Shown here: positions 40,203-49,987 of the stretch, piece by piece
Layout: every line of letters starts with the position of its first letter
Numbering within the stretch: the first letter of the stretch is position 1
Assembly (NCBI GenBank): GCA_945787445.1
Contig: CALZHT010000024.1
Location: 2,398 to 66,397, forward strand
DNA: 64,000 bases
Direction of reading: 5' to 3'
DNA from: an uncultured Desulfobulbaceae bacterium
GTDB taxonomy: Bacteria; Desulfobacterota; Desulfobulbia; Desulfobulbales; CALZHT01
Notes under the pieces: generated by a model
Seen by the model: the letters and a program-made list of their open reading frames with translations, nothing else
Told to the model about the DNA's origin: nothing
Database searches by the model: none
Program-made: the position numbers and the translations under genes

Positions 40203-40494
40203 CAGGCTTCGCACAAAAAATACGGAGGTCGTGAGTTTCAGGCGGCCCTGCCATAATTTGCAAGGGATTACAGCCGATGGTTGTGATCCCTTTGTTATCT
40301 AAAGCGGCTGCATTTTACTACCATCGTTTACCAAGTTTACTAGATGCTATTAGTAAAATGTGATGTTGTTGGAAATGCGGCATTGGGGACCAGGGAAAGG
40401 CATCAATCGATTGAATTGACGAACGGAAATATTAGTATGACCCAATTGGCGCTTAGTGCCTATATGTAACAAAAATTTTGTCTATATTGATGTT

Positions 40495-40690
40495 TGATGA
40501 AATCGTAAAAAATACGATTTGTCTGCTTCGCGGACGCGTTAACCGTTATAAGTCCTTGCAATGAAATAGACGATAAGTTCAGCAACTGCTTTTAGTCATG
40601 TTATTGCCAGTTCAGCGATGTATTACCTTGTAACTGGTTGAAATTACATGGCACGTAACCGCTTTCCCGACTTTTTGCGGAATCATCATT
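40495..40690 (+). repeat. Left arm of a ~200-bp imperfect inverted repeat flanking the RRM gene. It contains a UAS-like palindrome remnant and a sigma-54-type element (40649-40664).
   Basis: Homologous to 16291-16385 (with a ~95-bp insertion) and to the reverse complement of 41247-41475 (~75%). Confidence 0.55.
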
Positions 40691-40957
40691 TTTGTCTTGT
40701 TGAATTAGTTTGTTCCGGAAAGGGTAAGCCTGGTTAAAGCTTTATAACGACGAAGTCGCATTTAACACAAAATTGCTGTAGTTCGCAATTTTGCGTAGGT
40801 CCTTGTTGAAGCAGCTAACTATTTTTATTGTAATTAAAATATTTGATATCTCGCAAATTCTTTACACGCCAATTTCGCAGCCGCGCAGCAATTCACGCCC
40901 AGGTTACATGCCGTCAAAGTTTCTGCAGATAACGTAAAACGTAAATAGGAGAATATT

Positions 40958-41224
40958 ATGAAACTGTATGTCGGCAACCTTCCATACGGCCTCAGCGAAA
41001 CAGAACTTACCGACCTTTTCACCCAATATGGGTCCGTGGTGAGCGCGAAAATTATTTCCGACCGTTACACCGGACAATCGAAAGGCTTCGGTTTTGTCGA
41101 GATGTCTGACCGGTCCGAAGGGCATAAGGCAATGGAGGAACTGAACGGCACCTCGGTCAGCAACCGCTCCCTTACCGTCAACGAGGCCCGCCCGCAGAAA
41201 AAGAGGAGTTCAAACCGCTGGTAA
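40958..41224 (+). CDS. RRM-type RNA-binding protein (glycine-poor, 88 aa)
   Basis: RNP-2 LYVGNL and RNP-1 KGFGFVEM motifs with an aggagaatatt RBS. Confidence 0.9.
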   Translation: MKLYVGNLPYGLSETELTDLFTQYGSVVSAKIISDRYTGQSKGFGFVEMSDRSEGHKAMEELNGTSVSNRSLTVNEARPQKKRSSNRW

Positions 41225-41246
41225 TCGATTGGTTCCCCATTTTTGA

Positions 41247-41475
41247 CATTTCCGCAAGAATTCGGGAAAGCGGTTAATGTGCCATGTAATTTCAAGGACT
41301 TACACCGTGCCCTGAGTGCAAGCGAAGAAATCCTCTTGGGGATATTACAACGATGAACTGGTATAAGTACTGCTAGAAATCCAAGCTGCGCTTATCGCCC
41401 GATTCATCACAAGGGGTCATGGCGGTTAACGCGTCCGCGCAGCAGACAATTCGTAGTTTTTACGAATGCATCATT
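41247..41475 (-). repeat. Right arm of the inverted repeat, carrying an inward-facing (antisense to the RRM gene) sigma-54-type element at 41269-41284
   Basis: Minus-strand read catGGCACattaaCCGCTttcc with GG-N10-GC spacing. Also carries the gcggacgcgttaaccg and cgtaaaaactacgaat modules shared with the left arm. Confidence 0.5.
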
Positions 41476-41760
41476 TTTTTTAAGTAATGTCCCACTGGCC
41501 ATTGACCACCTTGCAGGCTGAATTTCCAGGTGCAAAATAGGTAGGTTCGAGTGGACCTGAAAACAGTTCTGAAGGGTGCATATCGCTGCCTTAACCTGCG
41601 CTTGCCTTCTTTCACCTGACACCCATTTCCGGTTTATTCACTTTATTTCGTCATAAAAACAGGAAAATTACCCGGCCGTCTTGCCGATGCAATGTTAATG
41701 TGCTCGGCAGTCGGGACCAATGTCCTGTTTTTTTAACACAGTTCACAGAGAGGAATTTTA

Positions 41761-43107
41761 ATGAGTTTTACAGAATTTAATTTTAACAGCCAAATAACCG
41801 CCGGGATTCGGGCCTGCGGCTATACTTCACCTACTCCGATCCAACAACAAGCGATCCCGCAAATTCTCGAGGGACAAGACCTGATGGGACTTGCACAGAC
41901 AGGAACGGGCAAAACCGCTGCTTTTGTGCTGCCTATCCTGCAGCGTCTTATGAAAGGGCCGCGGCGCACAATACGTGCCTTGATCGTTGCCCCGACCCGG
42001 GAACTGGCTGAACAGATTCATGAGAATATTTTCAACTTGGGCAAGAAAACCGGGCTGCGCAGTGTTGCAGTTTATGGTGGAGTCAGCAAATTCGGACAGA
42101 TCAAGAAAATCAGGTCCGGGGTGGAAATTGTAGTCGCCTGTCCGGGCAGATTGCTCGATCACCTTGATGACGGTGCTATTAACCTGGCAAAGGTCGAGAT
42201 GCTTGTTCTGGATGAGTCTGATATTATGTTCGATATGGGCTTTATGCCGGCCATCCGTCGGATACTGAAACGCTTACCGCAACAGCGGCAGACCCTGCTT
42301 TTTTCCGCCACCATGCCGGGGGCGATCAGGCAGCTGGCCCACGAGGTCTTGAAGAATCCGGCAACCGTTCAGATAGGTCATTCAAAACCGGTGGCAACTG
42401 TATCTCATGTTCTCTATTCCGTGGAGCGGCAACATAAGACAGCGTTGTTGAAAAGCATCATCAACCAAAAAAACATGGAGACCACCCTGGTTTTTACCCG
42501 CACAAAGCATGGCGCCCGAAACCTTGCCCACCATTTACAGAAGGCGGGCTATAGAGCGACATCATTGCAAGGCAACCTGTCCCAACAAAAAAGGCGTCAG
42601 GCGCTCGATGGCTTCAAACAGGGCAAATTCAAAATTCTGGTGGCCACGGATATTGCGGCACGAGGCATAGACGTTTCCGGCATATCGCACGTGGTCAACT
42701 ATGACATGCCCAATACCGCCGATGCTTACACGCACCGGATCGGCCGCACCGGTAGGGCCTCCTGCACCGGAGAGGCCTGCACCTTTGCCGGCCGTGAAGA
42801 TAGAAGAATGGTCAAGATCATCGAGCGATCCCTTGGCAGCAAAATAAAATGGCAATCGGCAACCATTGTAAAAGGCCAGGTTCCAGTAGATGACACCATG
42901 GTCGCGGCTCCTCGGCGTCATGACCGGGTCAGGAAAAACAATGACACCGGTAATTGCCGTCCCCAAAAGCAAAGGAATCAACAAGATCAAACAACATCCG
43001 GCAAAGTGCGGAGAAGGCGGCGGGTTTTTCCATTCGGCTTTCCCATGGAATGCGAAATGCCCCAGATCCCGCAACGTCGAAAGCGGCCGCAAGCAAACAA
43101 CAGATAA
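41761..43107 (+). CDS. rhlE: DEAD-box ATP-dependent RNA helicase (RhlE-like) with a basic C-terminal tail
   Basis: Q-motif, AQTGTGKT, PTRELA, DE(S/A)D, SAT and HRIGRTGRA motifs. Confidence 0.85.
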   Translation: MSFTEFNFNSQITAGIRACGYTSPTPIQQQAIPQILEGQDLMGLAQTGTGKTAAFVLPILQRLMKGPRRTIRALIVAPTRELAEQIHENIFNLGKKTGLRSVAVYGGVSKFGQIKKIRSGVEIVVACPGRLLDHLDDGAINLAKVEMLVLDESDIMFDMGFMPAIRRILKRLPQQRQTLLFSATMPGAIRQLAHEVLKNPATVQIGHSKPVATVSHVLYSVERQHKTALLKSIINQKNMETTLVFTRTKHGARNLAHHLQKAGYRATSLQGNLSQQKRRQALDGFKQGKFKILVATDIAARGIDVSGISHVVNYDMPNTADAYTHRIGRTGRASCTGEACTFAGREDRRMVKIIERSLGSKIKWQSATIVKGQVPVDDTMVAAPRRHDRVRKNNDTGNCRPQKQRNQQDQTTSGKVRRRRRVFPFGFPMECEMPQIPQRRKRPQANNR

Positions 43108-43318
43108 CGTATTTAGGGAAATACAGATCTCTGCGAAATAATTGTTTGCTGAGCCAGCCAGATAAAAAGCGATCAAGAGGTTTCTTTTTTTATTGTGATG
43201 GAGTATATAAGCGTTCTGATCACAAGCGGCAAAGGAATTTCCATTTATGGTAAAAATATCAAGGAGATCGTCATTTTTTGAACGCCGCCACCGCAAAATA
43301 TAAAACTTTACAAAGAGG

Positions 43319-43849
43319 ATGAGAATGAGTGAGTTGATTGCAGTAATTGAAACAAACAAGGGTACTATCCGTTTGAAACTCTTTGCCGACAAGGTGCCGC
43401 TCACGGTGGCCAACTTTGTCAATCTTGCCAATCGTAATTTTTATAATGGCCTGAAATTCCACCGGGTCATTGCCAATTTCATGATCCAGGGCGGCTGTCC
43501 CTTGGGATCCGGTACCGGCGAACCGGGCTACAGATTTGAAGACGAGTTTGATCCGGAACTGCAGCACGATCGTCCCGGTGTTTTTTCCATGGCTAATGCC
43601 GGCCCCAATACCAACGGCAGTCAGTTTTTTATTACCCATGTGCCGACTCCATGGCTTGATATGAAACATACTGTTTTCGGCATGATCGAAAGTGACAAGG
43701 ACCAGGAGGTCGTAAACTCCATCGCCCAGGGCGACTCTATTACCCGCATTGCCATAGAGGGTGACACTGCTGAGCTTTTTGCAAAGACACAATCCAGAAT
43801 CGATGAGTGGAACGGAATCATTGACCAGAGATTTCCTGATCTCTCCTGA
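43319..43849 (+). CDS. ppiB: Cyclophilin-type peptidyl-prolyl cis-trans isomerase
   Basis: FHRVI.NFMIQGG and S...GSQFFI motifs. 176 aa, cytoplasmic type. Confidence 0.85.
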   Translation: MRMSELIAVIETNKGTIRLKLFADKVPLTVANFVNLANRNFYNGLKFHRVIANFMIQGGCPLGSGTGEPGYRFEDEFDPELQHDRPGVFSMANAGPNTNGSQFFITHVPTPWLDMKHTVFGMIESDKDQEVVNSIAQGDSITRIAIEGDTAELFAKTQSRIDEWNGIIDQRFPDLS

Positions 43850-44006
43850 TTGTCTTTGTTGAGAGGGGATTATTTGGGAGAATAAAGGAGAGTATCCAGA
43901 AAAAGGATTAAAAAAAGATGCAAATTACGCTATAACAAAAGAAGTAAAAAATTCTTTGGCAGTTTTGCATGTTTAGGACCAAAATTATTGACTTTTTTCT
44001 AAAATT

Positions 44007-44396
44007 GTGGCGGCAGCACCGGATATAAAAATACTGGTTGTTGATGACTCCGCGATCATGCGACGGATCATCAAAAACCACCTTGCAATACTCGGTTATA
44101 AAAACATCCGGGAGGCACCTAATGGACGGAAAGCCCTTGAAGTGCTTTCGGGCGAAAAAATTGATCTGATTCTTTCCGACTGGTGCATGCAGGGCATGTA
44201 TGGTATTGATCTCCTGCGAGCGGTCCGCACCGATACAAGCCTTGCAAATATCCCCTTTATCATGATTTCGGCAGAGGCCCAGCAGCATTTCATTGATGAG
44301 GCCTTTGACGAAAAGGTCAACAGTTATATCATCAAACCCTTTACCCGCGAGATGCTGGAAAAGCAAATCTCTGAGGTATTGATAGACAGGGTATAA
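44007..44396 (+). CDS. Stand-alone CheY-like response-regulator receiver domain
   Basis: DD pair (VVDDS) and phospho-acceptor D (LILSDW) with a conserved K (IKP). GTG start. Confidence 0.7.
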   Translation: MAAAPDIKILVVDDSAIMRRIIKNHLAILGYKNIREAPNGRKALEVLSGEKIDLILSDWCMQGMYGIDLLRAVRTDTSLANIPFIMISAEAQQHFIDEAFDEKVNSYIIKPFTREMLEKQISEVLIDRV

Positions 44397-44794
44397 TTTG
44401 GGCAGGACGGTTCACCCTCACCTTCCTGCATCATGTCATAAAATGACTCATTGCCATCTCCTTTCCCAGGAAATTGTTCCCATGTATTTATTCTCCCCTT
44501 TCACTTTTTCATGATTTTTTTTCTGTAGTACTCCAGACATTTGAAGCTCCCCACGGCCCCGTCTAAGAGGGATTTCCGCTTCGCTACAACAAACTGTGGA
44601 TAATCTCCGCACGTAAGGATTTTTATATTATTTTTCATGCGTTCGCTGATCGTGTTCAGTTGATACCAGTCGAACATACTCCACAAGGCCGATAATCGGG
44701 GCAGGGCGCTGATCCTTACTCGCAATGGCCTGATTTTATTGCCTTTGCGGGTTGCAATTTTTCTTTGTCAGTGTATCCTATTAATAATAAATGT

Positions 44795-44925
44795 AAATTT
44801 TGAAGGCTAATACCAAGTTGCATTCAAAGAGGTAACAAGCCGACGACGCAGCCAATTCAGTTCAATCCCACTTGAGGGGGACAAAGTTTAGAATTTGAAT
44901 GCGACGCGGTATAAGTGGTTACTGC
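44795..44925 (+). promoter_or_regulatory. Conserved structured 5' leader upstream of the HAD/SPS operon. It is homologous to the leader of the RRM gene at 47517-47789.
   Basis: A long-range stem GCATTCAAA (44818) / TTTGAATGC (44893) encloses the hairpin TCCCACTTGAGGGGGA. About 85% identical to the reverse complement of 47826-47975 apart from a 45-bp indel. Confidence 0.5.
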
Positions 44926-45735
44926 ATGAAAAAAGATGCTCTCCTGGCTAGTGACATGGATGGCACTGTCATCCCACTGGACGATAAAGAAGAACGCGCC
45001 GAAGAGATTCAGCATTTTAATACGCTTATTGAGCAACATTCAGGTGTTGCCCTTGCCTATGTGACCGGCAGGCACCTCGAGTTGGGCCTGGCCGGTGTCG
45101 AACAATACAGCCTCCCGTTGCCACATATTTTTGTCTGCGATGTGGGTACCACCATTTACCTGCGCGAGAATGGCCGGTGGAACCAGGACCAAGAGTATAA
45201 AAAAGACCTGTCCCGAGCATGGGGCGGCAGAACCGGTAAAGATATTGCGGTTTTTTTAGCGGAAGATAGCATACTAACCGCCCAAGAAGAAGAGAAACAA
45301 AAGGAATTCAAGCAAAGTTATTATGTTTCTCTCTCTATCGATCACAAAACTATCGTCAGTACAATTGAAAACCTCCTAGCGGAGAAAGGCGTAAAGGCCA
45401 ACGTTATATACAGTGTGGACACCAAAAAACATGTCGGCCTTGTTGATGTGCTACCCAGTGTTGCTGCCAAGGATTATGCTTTAAGTTATTTATGGAAGCG
45501 TCTTGAACTTGACATGGAAAGGATCGTCTATGCAGGAGATTCAGGCAACGACCTTCTTGCCTTTGTGAGCGGTTTCAACGCCATAGTGGTGAACAATACC
45601 GCTGCAGCAGTCAAAAAAGAGGTGCGTTGCCAGGCGCGGGATAAGGGCATCGAGCACAGGATCTTTTTTGCCGACCAAAAGTATGTGAAGGGCGTGATTG
45701 AAGGTTGTTATCATTTCAAACTGTTTACGGAGTAA
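44926..45735 (+). CDS. HAD-IIB family phosphatase, sucrose-phosphate phosphatase-like
   Basis: DxDGT motif (SDMDGTV), the C-terminal GDSGND motif, and genomic pairing with an SPS-like glycosyltransferase. The alternative start at 44899 lies inside the conserved leader. Confidence 0.65.
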   Translation: MKKDALLASDMDGTVIPLDDKEERAEEIQHFNTLIEQHSGVALAYVTGRHLELGLAGVEQYSLPLPHIFVCDVGTTIYLRENGRWNQDQEYKKDLSRAWGGRTGKDIAVFLAEDSILTAQEEEKQKEFKQSYYVSLSIDHKTIVSTIENLLAEKGVKANVIYSVDTKKHVGLVDVLPSVAAKDYALSYLWKRLELDMERIVYAGDSGNDLLAFVSGFNAIVVNNTAAAVKKEVRCQARDKGIEHRIFFADQKYVKGVIEGCYHFKLFTE

Positions 45736-45738
45736 TCG

Positions 45739-47097
45739 ATGGGATTGTACATTCAGATGCACAGCATGCACGGTTTATTCAGGAGTCATCATCTTGAATT
45801 GGGACGGGACGAAGATACCGGCGGGCAGATCCTGTATGTCCGGTATCTTGCTATCGAACTGGCCAAGCTTCCTGAGGTGGACAAAGTCGATATTATTGTT
45901 AGGCGGATTATTGATCCCGAGTATCCGGGATATGCGGATGAGATCGAAGAAGTTTCTCCGGATGTCAATATTGTGCGGATTGAATGCGGTCCTGAAAAAT
46001 ATATCATGAAGGTGGACCTCTGGCAGTACCTGCCGGAATTTGTCGAGAACTGCAAGGGATATATCGAGAGGATAGGCAGGAAGCCCGATATTCTGCACAG
46101 TAATTATGCAGATTCCGGCCTGGTATGCGCGATATTGTCAAAAGATTTGGGGATCCCCCAGGTGCATACCGGCCATTCGTTAGGAAAGCCCAAAATGGCC
46201 CGTCTTGCTGTTAACGACGAAAATTTTGCGAAGATGGATTCCATATATCATTTCACGGAACGGCTGGATGCTGAGCAGAAAACCATTGATAATGCCGCGG
46301 CCATAGTGGTCAGTACCGAAGAAGAGCGTCTATGCCAGTATAATATGTACCATGTGAACATTGATGACGGCAGATTTCAGGTTGTGCCGCCGGGAGTAAA
46401 TCTGAATAAGTTTTATCCAACGGGCGCCAACAGTAGGCGGGAATGGGACGTGAATGCCCGGCAGCGCTTGCTGGACCTTTTTGCTGCAGAACTCGACGAT
46501 CCGCAAAAACCTATAGTGTTTACGATTAGCAGGTTGGACTACAGGAAAAACCTGATCAGTCTGGTTAAAGCCTATGCATATGATGAGGAGCTGCAGGATA
46601 AGGTCAACCTTGTGATGGTGACAGGGACTCTCGGCAAAATGGGTAAGAATGAACAGACACTAATGGATGAAATGCTCCGTCTTGTTGATAGATGCAATCT
46701 GATGGGTAAGGTTTGCATTGTGAGGCATCTTGAATATAAGACGGAAGGAGGAGAAATTTACCGGATAGTCTATGATTCGAAAGGTGTGTTTGTTAATCCT
46801 GCCTTTCATGAACCTTTTGGCATCACCGTGATTGAGGCAAGCGCCACAGGTATTCCCGTGGTGGTCACCGACAATGGCGGGCCGGTGGAAATCCTTGAAA
46901 ACTGTGAATGCGGAGTGCTTGTTGATCCAAGAAATACCATGGCCATCGCCAAATCATGCTTACAGATCATCAATGACCCACCACTGTGGGAAGAGTATTC
47001 ACAAAACGGCATTGCCTTGACCAGAAAACATTATTCCTGGGAAGCAACCGCCAAAAGGGAACTCGCTCTTTTCAATCAGATTTTACGTAGTGAATGA
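45739..47097 (+). CDS. Sucrose-phosphate synthase-like GT-B glycosyltransferase (glucosyltransferase domain only)
   Basis: N-terminal HGLFRSHHLELGRDEDTGGQILYV matches the SPS signature (HGL.R....ELGRD.DTGGQV.YV). C-terminal GT1 E..G...EA motif. Confidence 0.75.
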   Translation: MGLYIQMHSMHGLFRSHHLELGRDEDTGGQILYVRYLAIELAKLPEVDKVDIIVRRIIDPEYPGYADEIEEVSPDVNIVRIECGPEKYIMKVDLWQYLPEFVENCKGYIERIGRKPDILHSNYADSGLVCAILSKDLGIPQVHTGHSLGKPKMARLAVNDENFAKMDSIYHFTERLDAEQKTIDNAAAIVVSTEEERLCQYNMYHVNIDDGRFQVVPPGVNLNKFYPTGANSRREWDVNARQRLLDLFAAELDDPQKPIVFTISRLDYRKNLISLVKAYAYDEELQDKVNLVMVTGTLGKMGKNEQTLMDEMLRLVDRCNLMGKVCIVRHLEYKTEGGEIYRIVYDSKGVFVNPAFHEPFGITVIEASATGIPVVVTDNGGPVEILENCECGVLVDPRNTMAIAKSCLQIINDPPLWEEYSQNGIALTRKHYSWEATAKRELALFNQILRSE

Positions 47098-47100
47098 TTT

Positions 47101-47262
47101 TATACATAGCCACATAAGTCCGATACATCCCATCATGCTTCGTCACTTACTGCGGTGCCTGCTCTCAGCGCTCCCAGGCTGCTCCGCCGGCTCCTCGTTC
47201 GTTCTTTATGCCCCCAGGGTGCTCGCCTGGCTGGGCGCCTCGAACTTATGTCGCTATGTATA
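47101..47262. mobile_element. MITE-like element, family B, copy 2
   Basis: TIR TATACATAGCCACATAAGTCCGA ... TCGAACTTATGTCGCTATGTATA. See 27098-27242. Confidence 0.6.
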
Positions 47263-47327
47263 GCAAGATCCAGGAAGAGCGCTTGAGAGGAAGATGCAAT
47301 CGAGCAACCGATCGACCCAAGCGTTTT

Positions 47328-47505
47328 GAGCCTGGCGGAGAACTCCATTTTATTACGATTGGCTGCAAATTTCGTGTTTTGCGTTGCCAAGCTCAAAATC
47401 TCCTCAACATAGCCACGGCTATGCTTCCGGGTATTTTTAGCTTGCCGCCTTGCTCACAAAATTTTCGCTCAATCTCATGACGAACTGAGTTCACCGACAG
47501 GCTCC
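47328..47505. mobile_element. MITE-like element, family C, copy 2 (inverted relative to copy 1), abutting the family-B copy
   Basis: GAGCCTGGCGGAGAACTCC ... GAGTTCACCGACAGGCTCC. See 29566-29744. Confidence 0.7.
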
Positions 47506-47516
47506 TATGTCAAGTT

Positions 47517-47789
47517 TTAATATCTCGGTCTGCGTTTCGGACGATCTTCCCGTGGCCGCGCTTGATTGACCTTGATGTTTCTTCCTTTTACCGCAGTGCC
47601 GTCCAGAGATTTGATGGCCTCTTCCGCCTCGGCCTGGGTGGGCATTTCAATGAAGCCAAAGCCTTTTGACTGGCCGTTATATTTATCTTTAATGATAATG
47701 GCTTCCGATACTTCACCGTACTCGGCAAAAACGTCTTTCAACTCCTCCTCAGTCAAGCTGTAGGACAAGTTCCCTGCATAAATCTTCAT
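47517..47789 (-). CDS. RRM-type RNA-binding protein (90 aa), second paralog
   Basis: RNP-2 IYAGNL and RNP-1 KGFGFIEM motifs. Confidence 0.9.
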   Translation of the reverse strand: MKIYAGNLSYSLTEEELKDVFAEYGEVSEAIIIKDKYNGQSKGFGFIEMPTQAEAEEAIKSLDGTAVKGRNIKVNQARPREDRPKRRPRY

Positions 47790-47975
47790 CTATCTATCCC
47801 TCACCTTTTGTGCGTTGCCTCTACCAAGTCGCATTCAAATTCTAACTTTGTCCCCCTCAAGCGGGGACTGAATTGAATCGGCAGCGTCGTCGGCTTCCTT
47901 GATCCGCCGCGGTGGACCTCCGGAGCCTTCTTCTTAGCGGCCTTGTTATCTCTTTGCATGTAACTTGGTATTAAA
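47790..47975 (-). promoter_or_regulatory. Conserved structured 5' leader of the second RRM gene (paralog of 44795-44925)
   Basis: Contains the GTCCCCCTCAAGCGGGGAC hairpin and the GAATTTGAATGCGAC / TTGCATGTAAC long-range partner. Confidence 0.5.
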
Positions 47976-48170
47976 TTACTATCGAATAATCATCCGCACA
48001 AATTAGACGATAGTGAATTGCCAACCATTGGCCAATTTCTCCCCATATATTCTCCAAGCGCTCACCATCAATACCCCCGGACGGCACAGCGCTAAACCTC
48101 CCCACCCAATCAAAAACCGGCCGTACAAAACATAAAAACAGCAACACAGTAACTAATCGGTGCATGAGGG

Positions 48171-48752
48171 CTATCCAGTACTTATACTATTTTTTCTAAT
48201 AATACTATACCTAAAACAATCAATAATATGATCGTTGACCATACCAACTGCCTGCATAAAAGCGTAACAGATTGTTGTGCCGACAAATTTGAAGCCTCTT
48301 TTTTTCAAATCTTTGCTCATCGCATCTGATTCGGGCGTACTTGCCGGAATATCAGATACTTTTGTCCATGAATTCTGTATAGGCTTTCCATCAACGAATT
48401 GCCAGACATATTTGTCAAAGCTTCCAAACTCATGTTGAATTGTACAAAAAGCTCTTGCGTTTGTGATAGCCGCATTAATTTTGAGTCTATTTCTGACAAT
48501 CTGGGGATTTGCGAGCAACTGAGAAATTTTATTATCGGTGTATCGCGATATTTTTTGGACTTCAAAGTTATCAAAGGCCTTTCGATATCCTTGTCGTTTT
48601 TTAAGAATGGTGACCCAGCTTAATCCCGCCTGAGCGCCTTCCAGGATCAGAAATTCGAACAGCAACCTGTCATCATGTACCTGGACACCCCATTCATTAT
48701 CATGATAGCTTTGCAGAATATCACTCGCATTTGCCCATGCGCACCGGTTCAT
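48171..48752 (-). CDS. tag: DNA-3-methyladenine glycosylase I
   Basis: Signature RC.WA.....YHD.EWG, the HhH fold and a C-terminal zinc site (C...H...C). Confidence 0.85.
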   Translation of the reverse strand: MNRCAWANASDILQSYHDNEWGVQVHDDRLLFEFLILEGAQAGLSWVTILKKRQGYRKAFDNFEVQKISRYTDNKISQLLANPQIVRNRLKINAAITNARAFCTIQHEFGSFDKYVWQFVDGKPIQNSWTKVSDIPASTPESDAMSKDLKKRGFKFVGTTICYAFMQAVGMVNDHIIDCFRYSIIRKNSISTG

Positions 48753-48768
48753 TTTCTTTTCTTAATTT

Positions 48769-49668
48769 TTATTTTTTTTCCGGATCGTCATATAATTTGA
48801 ATTCAGGATAAACCTTTGGAGCACATTCCGGACAAATACCATGGCTGAATTCTACGTCGGAATAAGTAGAAATATAGGATTCCATGCGTTTCCAATATCC
48901 GGAATCATCACGAATTTTTTTACAGTGTGTGCAAATCGGTAAAATCCCTTGCAGGATTTTTATTTCTTTAAGAGCTTTTTGAAGATTTTTTTTCTCGAGA
49001 ACAAGATTTTGATGTTCCGTAACAAGTTTTTCATGAATCAGAAACCGTAATAATTCTATGCCATATGCAAAAAAGGAAACCATGCTGAATGTAACAACAA
49101 ATCTTACAACAAGACCGGTATCGTAAGGGTACGTTTCCAGCATATTTGGAAAAAGGATCAACATAACGGCAGGTAGAAAGAGGGCCAAAATCCATAATAA
49201 GCCTTCCTTCTTGCCAAGAAAGAAGAGGGCCAGGGGCGGGAAAATATACATCCACAAAATCATTGATCCGTCATGGCCGCCTTCTGCAACGCTATAGAGC
49301 AATAAGACTGCTAACAGGACCGCGATAACTCTAAAGATTCCCTGCGTGTTGGAGAGTGACTTGTAGGAGGCTAGAATTATTGAGAATCCGATGCCGACGA
49401 CAAGGAGTATATACCCTGTAATTTTCGTCCCTGCATAAAAATGATATGATGCAAAGCCAAATTGTAAAAAAATTCCGAGCAGCATGAAAAAGGCGAGTAA
49501 AATTCTACGCAATTTAGCTTCCGCGTCTATATAAGGCAGACTGGATATGATACCAAATAGCGGCCACACTTTTTTATCAGTAATTATTGAATTCATATAA
49601 TTCCCCGCTATGATTGCCAGGATTTTTTTTGAAAGAAGAGGTGTCGCATACCAGGATTGCTGGTCCAT
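48769..49668 (-). CDS. Polytopic membrane protein with a C-terminal cytoplasmic Cys4 zinc-ribbon-like domain
   Basis: About 6 TM helices followed by a coiled coil, then ICTHCKKIRDDSGYW...SHGICPEC. Confidence 0.45.
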   Translation of the reverse strand: MDQQSWYATPLLSKKILAIIAGNYMNSIITDKKVWPLFGIISSLPYIDAEAKLRRILLAFFMLLGIFLQFGFASYHFYAGTKITGYILLVVGIGFSIILASYKSLSNTQGIFRVIAVLLAVLLLYSVAEGGHDGSMILWMYIFPPLALFFLGKKEGLLWILALFLPAVMLILFPNMLETYPYDTGLVVRFVVTFSMVSFFAYGIELLRFLIHEKLVTEHQNLVLEKKNLQKALKEIKILQGILPICTHCKKIRDDSGYWKRMESYISTYSDVEFSHGICPECAPKVYPEFKLYDDPEKK

Positions 49669-49987
49669 TTTAAACGAAAGTGAAGATGGGGATTTAATCT
49701 GATTCGATTCACCTTCATTTCAAAAACGGATTTCATAAACAGCCATAGGCATTGCAGAATGGCCAATGTTTATTGTTTGCCACTATCTCATTGTTTCTGT
49801 TTCTTCCTTTTTTTTCTCCGTTATCAATTATATAGTAATTTGATTTTGCTTGCAGAAGGAATTTGATATTCCGGCAAGGCTTGAAAGTCAACAAAATATC
49901 TATTAGGACTATAACTAATTCCCATCCGGAAAGTTGCAGACTTTACGGATGCTGGAACACGTTGTTTCTGGATGGAAGCTAAATAAT

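Noticed and set aside
42562-43431. 289-aa minus-strand ORF overlapping the DEAD-box helicase 3' half
   Set aside because: It lies entirely antisense to a well-supported helicase gene. Its low-complexity translation is typical of a shadow ORF.
44501-44725. 74-aa minus-strand ORF between the receiver-domain gene and the SPS operon
   Set aside because: It is composed largely of the dispersed 60-bp repeat (44540-44600), so it is probably not coding.
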